Assembly (NCBI GenBank): GCA_964454075.1
Contig: CAYVRS010000002.1
Span: 1 to 43,037, forward strand
DNA length: 43,037 nucleotides
From: an uncultured Chitinophagales bacterium
GTDB taxonomy: Bacteria; Bacteroidota; Rhodothermia; Balneolales; HLUCCA01
Direction of reading: 5' to 3'
In this document: in pieces, positions 24,233-32,017 of the stretch
How positions within the stretch are numbered: position 1 is the stretch's first letter
Layout of the letters: each line of letters begins with the position of its first letter
Notes under the pieces: model-generated
Seen by the model: the letters and a program-made list of their open reading frames with translations, nothing else
Told to the model about the DNA's origin: nothing
Databases searched by the model: none
Program-made: the position numbers and the translations under genes

Positions 24233-24266
24233 AAGCCGCTCCGTGCACCGGAGCGGCTTTTTTTTT
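24233..24266 (+). terminator. Rho-independent terminator of the CBM48 gene
   Basis: 11-bp perfect stem aagccgctccg / cggagcggctt with a 5-nt loop, followed by a run of nine T. Confidence 0.9.
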
Positions 24267-24277
24267 ATCCTTCCTCC

Positions 24278-25066
24278 ATGTCATTCTCCGTTTCCGACTA
24301 TTTGCGCGCGTTGGGACCGATTCCCATCGGTCGCACGGTGATCCATGAGCCGCAGGCGGAATCGACCAACACGCTGGCCAAGCATCTTCCCGAATCGGAT
24401 GTGACCCATGGCATGGTCGTCATCGCGGATCACCAGACCGCCGGACGAGGCCAATATCAGCGTTCCTGGCTGAGCGCGCCTGCACGGAATCTGACCTTCA
24501 GCGTGGTGCTCACTCCGGGTCGATCCACCGGCGTGGCTCTGCTGAAGCAAGTCGCGGCCCTGGCCGTGCTCGACGCGCTTGTTCGACTCGGACTCCGTGA
24601 CGTCCGTATCAAATGGCCCAACGATGTGCTCGTCGCCCAGAAGAAAATTTCCGGAATCCTGGTCGAGTCCGTCTTCAAAGGCGCGTCACTCTCCCGCGTG
24701 GTGGTCGGCATCGGCTTGAACGTGCTGCAGACCGAATTTCCGGAGGAAGTCCGATACCTGGCCACATCCGTCGCCTTGTCGAGCGCATCCGATGTGTCCA
24801 GAGAGGAGGTCCTTGCCGCGGTGATGGCGGCGTTCTCGAACCGCTATGCGCAATGGGAGCGCAAAGATCCGGCTCTGAAGACAGACATCCAGCGGCATGT
24901 CATCGGAATGGGCGCCTGGTGCCAGATCCGCATCGACAATGTGCCCCAGACCGACATTGTGAAACCGGTGGGCGTCGACGACGACGGCCAGCTCATCGTG
25001 ATCACCGAACAATTGCGCCCGTTCACCTACACCCATCAGGATGTTCGCATCGACCGACCTGCCTAG
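24278..25066 (+). CDS. birA: Biotin--[acetyl-CoA-carboxylase] ligase (group I, no HTH domain)
   Basis: VIADHQTAGRGQYQRSWLS (GRGRxGRxW-type motif), KWPNDVLV, KISGILVE and a C-terminal SH3-like tail. Confidence 0.88.
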   Translation: MSFSVSDYLRALGPIPIGRTVIHEPQAESTNTLAKHLPESDVTHGMVVIADHQTAGRGQYQRSWLSAPARNLTFSVVLTPGRSTGVALLKQVAALAVLDALVRLGLRDVRIKWPNDVLVAQKKISGILVESVFKGASLSRVVVGIGLNVLQTEFPEEVRYLATSVALSSASDVSREEVLAAVMAAFSNRYAQWERKDPALKTDIQRHVIGMGAWCQIRIDNVPQTDIVKPVGVDDDGQLIVITEQLRPFTYTHQDVRIDRPA

Positions 25067-26165
25067 CCGCTCTGAGCCCCTTGTGGTGGCGGTAAGCGGC
25101 GGACTCGATTCCATCGTCCTTTGGCATATGCTGCGCGAAGCGGGGCATCATGGCGTGGTCGCGCATGTGAACTACGGGTTCCGCGGCGCCGATTCGGATG
25201 CGGATGAGGCCCTGGTGCGTCGCCTTGCCGAAAAGTGGGGATGGGAGGTGCGCGTCTCACATCCCGTCTTGCCTGCCGGGAACCGGCAGGATGCGGCCCG
25301 GACGGCCCGCTACGCTTTTTTCGAGCAGCTCAGGCAGGAGATCGGCGCCGGCGCGATCGTGGTGGCGCATCATCAGGACGACCAGCTCGAAACCATCGTT
25401 CTGAAACTGCTCCGTGGCGCGCGTCTCGACGCCTGCCACGGCATGAAACCCAAGCGCGGGTTCCTGGTCCGCCCATTGCTGGATATTCCCCGAGCGGCGC
25501 TGATCCGATATGCTCAGGAACATCGGCTGACCTGGAGGGAAGATGCCAGCAACGCCGACCGCGGCTATCTTCGGAACCGGATCCGCTTGGACGTTCTTCC
25601 GAAGATGGATCGGGAGCGTCTCCTTCAATTGGGCGCGATGTCGGAAGAGTTGGCGTCGGACCTGGATCGGATCCTGGCCCGACATACCGATGGCGCGCTG
25701 GTGAAGGACTCGCTTTCCCTTGGCGGGGATGCGGACGTGGCCAAGGCCGCGGTCTGCCGCTTCGCGAGGGGGCATGGCGTGAGGCTGAGCGACGAGGAGG
25801 CGGCCGCGCTGGTCTCCGGAACACGCTGGCAGACCGGAAAGAAGGTCGGCCCGTTTCTGCGGGAGAGGGACGGATGGATTCTGCCGGAACGCGCGACCGT
25901 CGCGCAGGGAACGCTTCGGCTGAGCGCGGCGCAGATCGGGGCCGGGTATGAGGTGAGGGCGTGGCAGGCCGGGGATCGCATCGATGGGAAGAAAATCTCG
26001 GACGTGATGACTGACTCGAAATGGCCCTCCTGGTCGCGCTCTCACGCACAGGTCGTGGTGGCGGCCGACGGTCGCATCGCGGCGGTCTGGTCCGGAGATC
26101 GAGGCCACATCGGGCGCGATTTCCTACCGCATCCCGACACATCCGACCTCATCGGTTTCAATTGA
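25041..26165 (+). CDS. tilS: tRNA(Ile)-lysidine synthetase
   Basis: PP-loop VAVSGGLDSIVL, HVNYGFRG, and AHHQDDQLETIVLKLLRG. Overlaps birA by 26 nt. Confidence 0.88.
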   Translation: MFASTDLPSRSEPLVVAVSGGLDSIVLWHMLREAGHHGVVAHVNYGFRGADSDADEALVRRLAEKWGWEVRVSHPVLPAGNRQDAARTARYAFFEQLRQEIGAGAIVVAHHQDDQLETIVLKLLRGARLDACHGMKPKRGFLVRPLLDIPRAALIRYAQEHRLTWREDASNADRGYLRNRIRLDVLPKMDRERLLQLGAMSEELASDLDRILARHTDGALVKDSLSLGGDADVAKAAVCRFARGHGVRLSDEEAAALVSGTRWQTGKKVGPFLRERDGWILPERATVAQGTLRLSAAQIGAGYEVRAWQAGDRIDGKKISDVMTDSKWPSWSRSHAQVVVAADGRIAAVWSGDRGHIGRDFLPHPDTSDLIGFN

Positions 26166-26178
26166 ACCGCTTAGGGTG

Positions 26179-26186
26179 TATTTTCG
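26179..26186 (+). promoter_or_regulatory. Candidate -7 promoter box TATTTTCG, 21 nt upstream of the hpt ATG
   Basis: gggTGTATTTTCGgg; the same TGTATTTTC core lies upstream of ptsH. Confidence 0.4.
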
Positions 26187-26207
26187 GGCGAAATCCAAAG
26201 GACTGAC

Positions 26208-26780
26208 ATGAGCCTCTACCTTCCCGACCACGTGATGTGCAACAACGAGCGATTCAAGCTCTTCATCACCAAAGAACAGATCGAGAAACGGAATTTCGAA
26301 CTCGGGAAACAGATCGATGAGGAATATGCGGGCAAGCGACCCATTTTCATCGGTGTGCTCAACGGCGCGTTCATCTTCCTGGCCGACCTGATGCGCTACG
26401 TGTCGATCCCGTGCGAAGTGGACTTTTTCAAGCTGAGCTCCTATGGGGACGAGAAAGTCTCGTCGGGCAAGGTGACCGAGCGCAAAGACCTGGATGCGGC
26501 GATCGAGGGGCGGCATGTGATCATCGTGGAAGACATCGTCGACACCGGCCTGTCCATGAGCTACATCCTGAACATCATGAAGCATAAGAATCCGGCGTCT
26601 GTGAAGATCGCGACCTTGCTGCACAAGCCCGGCGCCATGAAATTCGATGTGACGCTGGATTACGTCGGTTTCGAAATCCCGACCCTGTTCGTGTTGGGAT
26701 ACGGATTGGACTATGCGCAGGAAGGCCGCAACCTGGCACAGATTTATGTGCTGGATGAGGATGGAAACAAAGGGGAATAG
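26208..26780 (+). CDS. hpt: Hypoxanthine phosphoribosyltransferase
   Basis: PRPP-binding motif VIIVEDIVDTGLSM, GVLNGAFIFLADL, and the C-terminal FVLGYGLDY. Confidence 0.92.
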   Translation: MSLYLPDHVMCNNERFKLFITKEQIEKRNFELGKQIDEEYAGKRPIFIGVLNGAFIFLADLMRYVSIPCEVDFFKLSSYGDEKVSSGKVTERKDLDAAIEGRHVIIVEDIVDTGLSMSYILNIMKHKNPASVKIATLLHKPGAMKFDVTLDYVGFEIPTLFVLGYGLDYAQEGRNLAQIYVLDEDGNKGE

Positions 26781-26784
26781 TCCG

Positions 26785-26792
26785 TATCTTTA
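26785..26792 (+). promoter_or_regulatory. Candidate -7 promoter box (ccg)TATCTTTA, 9 nt upstream of the mature tRNA-Ser 5' end
   Basis: tccgTATCTTTAgcgtcccac|GGAGAG. The position fits a short leader removed by RNase P. Confidence 0.55.
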
Positions 26793-26801
26793 GCGTCCCA
26801 C

Positions 26802-26894
26802 GGAGAGATGGCTGAGTGGACGAAAGCGGCATCCTGCTAAGATGTTGTACCGGCAAAACTGGTACCGAGGGTTCGAATCCCTCTCTCTCCGCCA
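26802..26894 (+). tRNA. tRNA-Ser (anticodon GCT), type II with a long variable arm, CCA encoded
   Basis: Acceptor stem GGAGAGA/TCTCTCC. Anticodon loop CT-GCT-AA closed by CATC/GATG. Long variable arm. T arm GAGGG-TTCGAAT-CCCTC. Discriminator G followed by CCA. Confidence 0.92.
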
Positions 26895-26917
26895 AGCCCG
26901 GCATGCCGGGCTTTTTT
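26895..26917 (+). terminator. Rho-independent terminator after tRNA-Ser
   Basis: Palindromic stem agcccggc/gccgggct followed by a run of six T. Confidence 0.85.
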
Positions 26918-26942
26918 ATGGGGGTTGGATGTTATTAATAAA

Positions 26943-27085
26943 GTGACACTGTCCGCAAGCCGCATCGACACCTGACGCTCTTCGTGATGAGACAATCGGC
27001 GATTTGGAACGATAGACAGGGGTTCGGGAGATGAAGTTCGGGTTATTGGATGGGAGTAGAGTGATACTGTCCGCAAGTTTCACTT
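26943..27085 (+). repeat. Intergenic repeat element, copy A (two direct boxes: a partial one at 26943-26960 and a full one at 27061-27085)
   Basis: Boxes gtgacACTGTCCGCAAGc and gtgatACTGTCCGCAAGTTTCACtt. The interior shares the blocks GACACC and CAATCGGCGATTTGG..CGATAGA with copy B at similar spacing. Confidence 0.7.
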
Positions 27086-27098
27086 CAACTCAAACGGA

Positions 27099-28253
27099 TC
27101 AGACCAGCGCTCGGAGGCCCAGGAAGAGAGTCGCCGCGACCGTGATCCACCCCAGCGCGCCGGCCCATTTCCCGACGAGCCCTCGCCCGGCCCAAAGCAA
27201 CAATCCCAACCCGAACGGAAGGATGAACCCGTTCAAGGTGCCTGCCCAGATCAGCAGCTCCACGGGGCGGCCCACCAACAGAAGCACGCCTGTCGACAAG
27301 CCGATGAACCCCGAAATCCACGCGCCTTCATAGGTCTGGATGGAGGGATGCCAGGTCTTGACGAAGCTGATGCTCGTGTATGCCGAGCCGATCACGCTCG
27401 TCATCGCCGCCGCCCACATCACCCCGCCGAACAAAAGGCCGCCCCAGCGCCCGACTCCCTGCTCGAACGCGCTCGCGGCCGGATTCGCCGCATCCAGCAC
27501 GCCTCCGCCGGAAATCACACCCAGCACAGCCAGAAACAGCACGAAGCGCATCACGGCGGCCACGCCGATGGCCTGGACGGCGCTTCGTCTGACGTCCTTC
27601 CGAACGCCGCTTCCTCGGAAGCCCGCATCGATGAGCCGATGCGCCCCCGCGAAACTGATGTACCCGCCCACGGTTCCGCCGACGATGGTGAGGATGGCGA
27701 ACGCGTCGATCCGATCCGGCCACACCAGGTTCTTCGCCACGTCGGCCATCGGAGGTGGGGATGTGGTGAGCACATACGCCGTCATCGCGATCATGCCGAT
27801 TCCTAAGACCGGAATGAGGCGGTCGAGCAGGTTGCGGAATCCTGGTTTCAGGAAAAGCGCGACTGCCAACACCGCGCTGAAGACCGCTCCCCATTGCGTG
27901 GAAACGCCGGTCATGGACTGGATGCCGAGTCCGGCGCCGGACAGATTTCCGATGTTGAACGCGAATCCGCCGAACACGACCATCGCCGCGAGCACGACGC
28001 CGGCACCTCGGATCACCTCCTGGGCCACATCCTGCGCACGCTTTCCCTTTTCGACCAACACATGCCACACGTTCAGTTGCGCGCCGATGTCCAGCGCGAT
28101 GCTCACCAAGATCGCGAACCCGAACGCGGCACCGAGTTGCTGGGTGAACACCGTGGTCTGCGTGAGGAAACCGGGTCCGATCGCCGAGGTCGCCATCAGG
28201 AAGACGGCACCCGACAAGGCGCGGCGGTCAGGGGATTTCAACGGCGATTCCAT
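27099..28253 (-). CDS. NRAMP-family (YcsG-like) membrane transporter in the pxp operon
   Basis: 384 aa, about 11 hydrophobic helices, N-terminal motif AVFLMATSAIGPGFLTQT. Genomic context matches B. subtilis ycsF-ycsG-kipI-kipA. Overlaps the pxpA 3' end by 26 nt. Confidence 0.7.
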   Translation of the reverse strand: MESPLKSPDRRALSGAVFLMATSAIGPGFLTQTTVFTQQLGAAFGFAILVSIALDIGAQLNVWHVLVEKGKRAQDVAQEVIRGAGVVLAAMVVFGGFAFNIGNLSGAGLGIQSMTGVSTQWGAVFSAVLAVALFLKPGFRNLLDRLIPVLGIGMIAMTAYVLTTSPPPMADVAKNLVWPDRIDAFAILTIVGGTVGGYISFAGAHRLIDAGFRGSGVRKDVRRSAVQAIGVAAVMRFVLFLAVLGVISGGGVLDAANPAASAFEQGVGRWGGLLFGGVMWAAAMTSVIGSAYTSISFVKTWHPSIQTYEGAWISGFIGLSTGVLLLVGRPVELLIWAGTLNGFILPFGLGLLLWAGRGLVGKWAGALGWITVAATLFLGLRALV

Positions 28254-28938
28254 GCTCGGTCAGGGTTTGGTGGATTCGGATGAGCCGCTCAAGCGCGCCC
28301 TCGTGGTCGGCGTGAAGGCAGATCGTTTGATAGAGTCCGGATGCGGACAATGTAAGGGCTTGGGAGGCGGCTTCGGCCGGATCCGAGATCACGGCGTTCG
28401 GTCGGGACCGTGGCAAAAGCCGGCCATGCGCGTCGTAGCGGCGGTCCGCGAAACCCTCGGCGGTATAGAGGATGCCGGCGTCCGAAGCGAGCTCGGACAG
28501 CGCGCAACCCGGTGGCCCCACCAGCCGCAGCCCCGGTGGCAGCTGGCCAAGGGCACGGACCGCGGCCCGGGCAAGGAGGGGGGACGTCGCGCAATCATGG
28601 TACAGCGCTCCATGCAGCTTCACATGGCGCACCCGGATGCCGAGCGATGCGCCGACCCCGATGAGCGCCATCGTTTGGGAGACGATCCACTGCGTGATGT
28701 CGGCCTCGGAGGCCACGATGGAGACGCGCCCGAAATGAATGCGGTCTGGATAGGATGGATGCGCGCCGGGGGAGACACGCCGCAGGGCGCAGAGTTCCAA
28801 TGCTTCGCGCATGGTCTCAAATGTGCCGGCATGTCCGCCGCAGGCGATGTTCGCCGAACTGATGTGTCGGTAAAACGGCTCCTGCGCCCGGATGGAGTCG
28901 ATGTCGTCGTATTCAGCGATGTCGGCGTTCAAGTCCAA
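28228..28938 (-). CDS. pxpA: 5-oxoprolinase subunit A (LamB/YcsF family)
   Basis: DLNADIAE...ISSANIACGGHAGTFETM...VKLHGALY. The start codon is TTG. Confidence 0.8.
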   Translation of the reverse strand: MDLNADIAEYDDIDSIRAQEPFYRHISSANIACGGHAGTFETMREALELCALRRVSPGAHPSYPDRIHFGRVSIVASEADITQWIVSQTMALIGVGASLGIRVRHVKLHGALYHDCATSPLLARAAVRALGQLPPGLRLVGPPGCALSELASDAGILYTAEGFADRRYDAHGRLLPRSRPNAVISDPAEAASQALTLSASGLYQTICLHADHEGALERLIRIHQTLTEHGIAVEIP

Positions 28939-28939
28939 G

Positions 28940-28965
28940 GGAAGTAGGAAGTAGGAAGTAGGAAG
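28940..28965. repeat. Heptanucleotide tandem repeat (GGAAGTA) x3.7 in the pxpC-pxpA spacer
   Basis: ggaagta ggaagta ggaagta ggaag. On the coding (minus) strand this is a TACTTCC pyrimidine-rich tract ending 1 nt before the TTG start of pxpA. Confidence 0.9.
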
Positions 28966-28977
28966 GGCGTTGATGGC

Positions 28978-29640
28978 TCAATGATTGAATCGGAGAACAG
29001 AACCAGGCTTGAGCTGGCCCAATATCCTCAAATCCTCTGGCACAACCCAACCGATGCGCGGATATCCTCCGGTCGATTGGCAATCGGGCATCAGGATGAT
29101 GGGATGCCCATCAGGCGGCATCTGGATGGTTCCCCATCCGACCGGACTCGTGATCAGTTCTTCCGTCGGAAAGCTGCGAGGCTCCGTCCGGTTCAATCGA
29201 ACGCCGATCCGGTTGCTCCGCGGATCCACAGTGAACTCGCCATCCAAGCAGCCCGATGTGAATTCCGGTCCGGTACGGACGCGCACAGTTCCAGAGTCCA
29301 CATAGTCGAAGTTCGATGCGGAGAGCCAGGTCCGATCCGTAACCGATTCCGGAATCTGTGCGATGAGCACATCCCGATATCCTTTTCCAGTCGGGATCAA
29401 CTCGAGGATCTCGCCTTGTTTCAGGAATCGTTGATTTCCCCCATCCGGACGAAAGACGGTGCCCGCGATGCGGATGACGCAGTCTTGCGTGGCTCGGAGC
29501 CGCATCCGCGAAGCGACCAGCTCGATCACCGGAACATCTTCCGGCACGCCGCACAGACGCCGGAGCAGAGTTGCGGCATAGGGATCTGCGGGTTTCCGCG
29601 TCTCCAAAGGCGGAATCGGAGCTGAAAGGAACTCAATCAC
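28978..29640 (-). CDS. pxpC: 5-oxoprolinase subunit C (KipA / allophanate hydrolase subunit 2 family), short form
   Basis: C-terminal signature GTIQMPPDGHPIILMPDCQSTGGYPRIGWVVPEDLRILGQLKPGSVLRF. Only 220 aa, versus about 310 aa for the E. coli and B. subtilis proteins as I recall them. Confidence 0.7.
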   Translation of the reverse strand: MIEFLSAPIPPLETRKPADPYAATLLRRLCGVPEDVPVIELVASRMRLRATQDCVIRIAGTVFRPDGGNQRFLKQGEILELIPTGKGYRDVLIAQIPESVTDRTWLSASNFDYVDSGTVRVRTGPEFTSGCLDGEFTVDPRSNRIGVRLNRTEPRSFPTEELITSPVGWGTIQMPPDGHPIILMPDCQSTGGYPRIGWVVPEDLRILGQLKPGSVLRFNH

Positions 29641-30292
29641 GACGCGCCTCCGTGAATCGGATCGAGTCGCCGGGTTTCAAATCCAAGGAGGAAAGCGCCA
29701 CGTCCGTGCGTCCGATGAGCGTCCACCCACCCGGTGTTTCCACGGGATAGATGCCGGCTTGAAAGGACGCGATGCCCACGCTTCCCGCCGCGACCCGCTT
29801 CCGTGGCTGTGCTTTCCTAGGGATGCGCAAGGGCTCGGGAACCATTCCTAAATATGGAAATCCGCCGATGAACCCGGTCATGTACACCCGATACTCGGGT
29901 TCACAGAACATCCGGACGACATCCTCTTCCGTCATATGTGCGAACCGGGCCAGTTCGCTGAGGTCGGGTCCGTCGGTTCCCCCGAAACGGACAGGAATGC
30001 GATGCATGGTCTGCGAGGGCGACTCGCTACGGCTTGCAATCCCATCCTGTCGTCGCCAGTTCTCGACCCAAAGGGTGAGCGAACGGATGAAATCGGACGG
30101 TGCGGATTCGCGGAGGTGGATTCCGACGGAATGATAGGTGATGAACACGGAGTCGATGCCCCTCATCGCCGAATCGGATAAGGCTTCCGCGCAACGCATC
30201 ACGCGGTTGTGGACGGCGGGATCGATTCGACGCTCGAATTGAAGCTCGATGGTGAACGGTGCGACCTGCTGAATGCGGACATCCGGAATCAT
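29633..30292 (-). CDS. pxpB: 5-oxoprolinase subunit B (KipI / allophanate hydrolase subunit 1 family)
   Basis: 219 aa: YRVYMTGFIGGFPYLGMVPEPLRIPRKAQPRKRVAAGSVGIASFQAGIYPVETPGGW. Confidence 0.8.
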   Translation of the reverse strand: MIPDVRIQQVAPFTIELQFERRIDPAVHNRVMRCAEALSDSAMRGIDSVFITYHSVGIHLRESAPSDFIRSLTLWVENWRRQDGIASRSESPSQTMHRIPVRFGGTDGPDLSELARFAHMTEEDVVRMFCEPEYRVYMTGFIGGFPYLGMVPEPLRIPRKAQPRKRVAAGSVGIASFQAGIYPVETPGGWTLIGRTDVALSSLDLKPGDSIRFTEARRD

Positions 30293-30296
30293 TCGC

Positions 30297-30304
30297 TAAA
30301 AGTA
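30297..30304 (-). promoter_or_regulatory. Candidate -7 promoter box TACTTTTA, 4 nt upstream of the pxpB ATG (leaderless geometry)
   Basis: Minus strand reads ccTACTTTTA-gcga-ATG. Confidence 0.45.
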
Positions 30305-30315
30305 GGTACTTTTGC

Positions 30316-30331
30316 CTGTCCGCATTTCACT
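30316..30331 (+). repeat. Short variant of the repeat box (CTGTCCGCA--TTTCACT) in the pxpB/mgsA divergent spacer
   Basis: Matches the consensus ACTGTCCGCAAGTTTCACT except for a 2-nt deletion. Lies 12 nt upstream of the pxpB -7 box. Confidence 0.5.
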
Positions 30332-30356
30332 ATTCCATTTCTCGAATTTCACAGTC

Positions 30357-30806
30357 ATGACCGGTCACACCATCCGAATGGGGGCGCGGAAAAACATCGC
30401 CCTCATCGCGCACGATAACCGGAAACTCGAACTTCTGGACTGGGTCCGCTTCAACCGAGGCACCTTGTCACGGCATCATCTGTTCGCAACGGGCACCACA
30501 GGCACGCTTCTTTCTACGGAATGCGATCTGCCCATTTTCCGCTTTTTGAGTGGTCCGTTGGGAGGCGATCAGCAGATCGGTGCGAAAATCGTGGACAATG
30601 AGATCGATTTCATGATCTTTTTCTGGGATCCGCTATCGTCCCAGCCGCATGATGTGGATGTCAAAGCGTTGCTTCGCCTTGCGGTTCTGTACAACATCCC
30701 GACGGCAAGCAACCGATCGACGGCCGATTTTCTCATTTCGTCGCCCTTGCTGTCTGAGGCTTACACCCGGTCGATCGTCGACTTCAAAGCTCCGTTCAAT
30801 CCTTGA
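30357..30806 (+). CDS. mgsA: Methylglyoxal synthase
   Basis: KNIALIAHDNRK, ATGTTG, SGPLGGDQQIGA and FFWDPLSSQPHDVDVKALLRLAVLYNIP. The start is uncertain: ATG at 30357 or at 30378. Confidence 0.88.
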   Translation: MTGHTIRMGARKNIALIAHDNRKLELLDWVRFNRGTLSRHHLFATGTTGTLLSTECDLPIFRFLSGPLGGDQQIGAKIVDNEIDFMIFFWDPLSSQPHDVDVKALLRLAVLYNIPTASNRSTADFLISSPLLSEAYTRSIVDFKAPFNP

Positions 30807-32017
30807 AACCGCGTATCACGGTGGTGGGGGCCGGTGCGGCCGGACTCACCGCCGCCATTTTCGCCGCCCAGACAGGCGCCGAGGTTGTTGTCTTGGAGCG
30901 GACGGACAAAGCCGGGAAGAAAATCCTGATGTCTGGCGGAACGCGGTGCAATGTGCTTCCGGTCGAGATGTCACTCGACGATTATTCGACCTCCTCATCC
31001 CCGAATCTGATGAAGAGGATTTTCAAGTCCTGGACGGTCGACGCTTGCAAAGACTGGTTCGAGCAGGAGCTTCACCTGCCCTTGGCTTGCGAACGTGAGA
31101 CCAACAAGTGGTTTCCAGTGACCAATGAGGCGAAAGATGTGCGTGATGCGCTCCTGAATCAGGCCGTCGCCTTGGGAGTGAAGATCCGATATGATGCTGC
31201 GGTCCAATCACTTCGCCAGAAGGACGGCCTGTGGGAACTGGTCACCTCCGACGGTGGAATCCATCCCTCGGAGAAAGTGATCCTGAGTTCGGGCGGATAT
31301 TCCGTTCCGACCATCGGCACCGATGGGATGGGGCATCGGGCCTTGCAAGAGCTCGGAATTCCGATCACACCCACGTACCCGGCGTTGACACCGCTCACGG
31401 GTCCTCATCCCGGAGGAGATAGTCTGGCGGGGATGACGGTCCAAGTCAGCATCCACATCCGCGAAGCGAACGGGAAAGTGCTGGCGACAAACCATCGATC
31501 CGGGTTCCTGTTCACGCACAACGGGTTTTCGGGTCCGGCGATCCTCGATGTGAGCCATCATCTCATCCGGCCGATGGAAGCGGGAGCGCCCACCCCGAGC
31601 ATCCATGTGAATTGGACCGGGATGAGTGTCGAAGAGCTCGAACCGCACTTTCTGAAGGGCAACGCCTTGGTGAGTTCAGTGGTGAACCGATTCGTGCCGG
31701 CACGATTGGCGGAAGCGCTCATCGCCGAGACGTATCTGGTCGGCATCACGGTGGCGGATATGCGGAGCGCCGAGCGGAAAGCCCTGCTGAAGCGGATGAC
31801 GGATTATCCGCTTCAGGTCACCGGTCACGAAGGCTACCGGAAAGCGGAAGTGACCGGAGGCGGCGTACCGCTCGAAGCGATCGACACCGCCACCATGCAG
31901 GTGAAAGGGCATCCCGGCTTGTACCTCTGCGGTGAGATCCTGGACGTGTTCGGCCGCATCGGCGGCTTCAATTTCTACTGGGCCTGGGTCACGGGTCGAT
32001 TGGCGGGGAAGGAGTGA
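30803..32017 (+). CDS. BaiN/HI0933-family NAD(P)/FAD-dependent oxidoreductase
   Basis: Rossmann motif ITVVGAGAAGLTAA, family signature MSGGTRCNV, and C-terminal GRIGGFNFYWAWVTG. The TTG start overlaps the mgsA stop. Confidence 0.8.
   Translation: MKPRITVVGAGAAGLTAAIFAAQTGAEVVVLERTDKAGKKILMSGGTRCNVLPVEMSLDDYSTSSSPNLMKRIFKSWTVDACKDWFEQELHLPLACERETNKWFPVTNEAKDVRDALLNQAVALGVKIRYDAAVQSLRQKDGLWELVTSDGGIHPSEKVILSSGGYSVPTIGTDGMGHRALQELGIPITPTYPALTPLTGPHPGGDSLAGMTVQVSIHIREANGKVLATNHRSGFLFTHNGFSGPAILDVSHHLIRPMEAGAPTPSIHVNWTGMSVEELEPHFLKGNALVSSVVNRFVPARLAEALIAETYLVGITVADMRSAERKALLKRMTDYPLQVTGHEGYRKAEVTGGGVPLEAIDTATMQVKGHPGLYLCGEILDVFGRIGGFNFYWAWVTGRLAGKE

Noticed and set aside
26884-26970. Similarity between the tRNA-Ser 3' end plus terminator (tctccgccaagcccggcat) and the first box (tgtccgcaagccgcat), as if the box were an att-site copy of the tRNA end.
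   Set aside because: The match needs several indels and covers only about 10-12 nt. The other box copies diverge after CAAG (continuing GTTTCAC), so this is most likely coincidence.
27061-27085. The box as a sigma-54, CRP/FNR, LexA or sigma-E-type promoter or operator.
   Set aside because: There is no TGGCAC-N5-TTGC arrangement. The GTGA...TCAC arms are 15 nt apart rather than 6. CTGT-N8 is not followed by ACAG. In two copies a promoter reading would fire into the 3' ends of convergent genes.
28940-28965. The tandem repeat as a CRISPR array or a coding repeat.
   Set aside because: The unit is only 7 nt, there are no spacers, and it lies in a 39-nt intergenic gap. It is a simple microsatellite.
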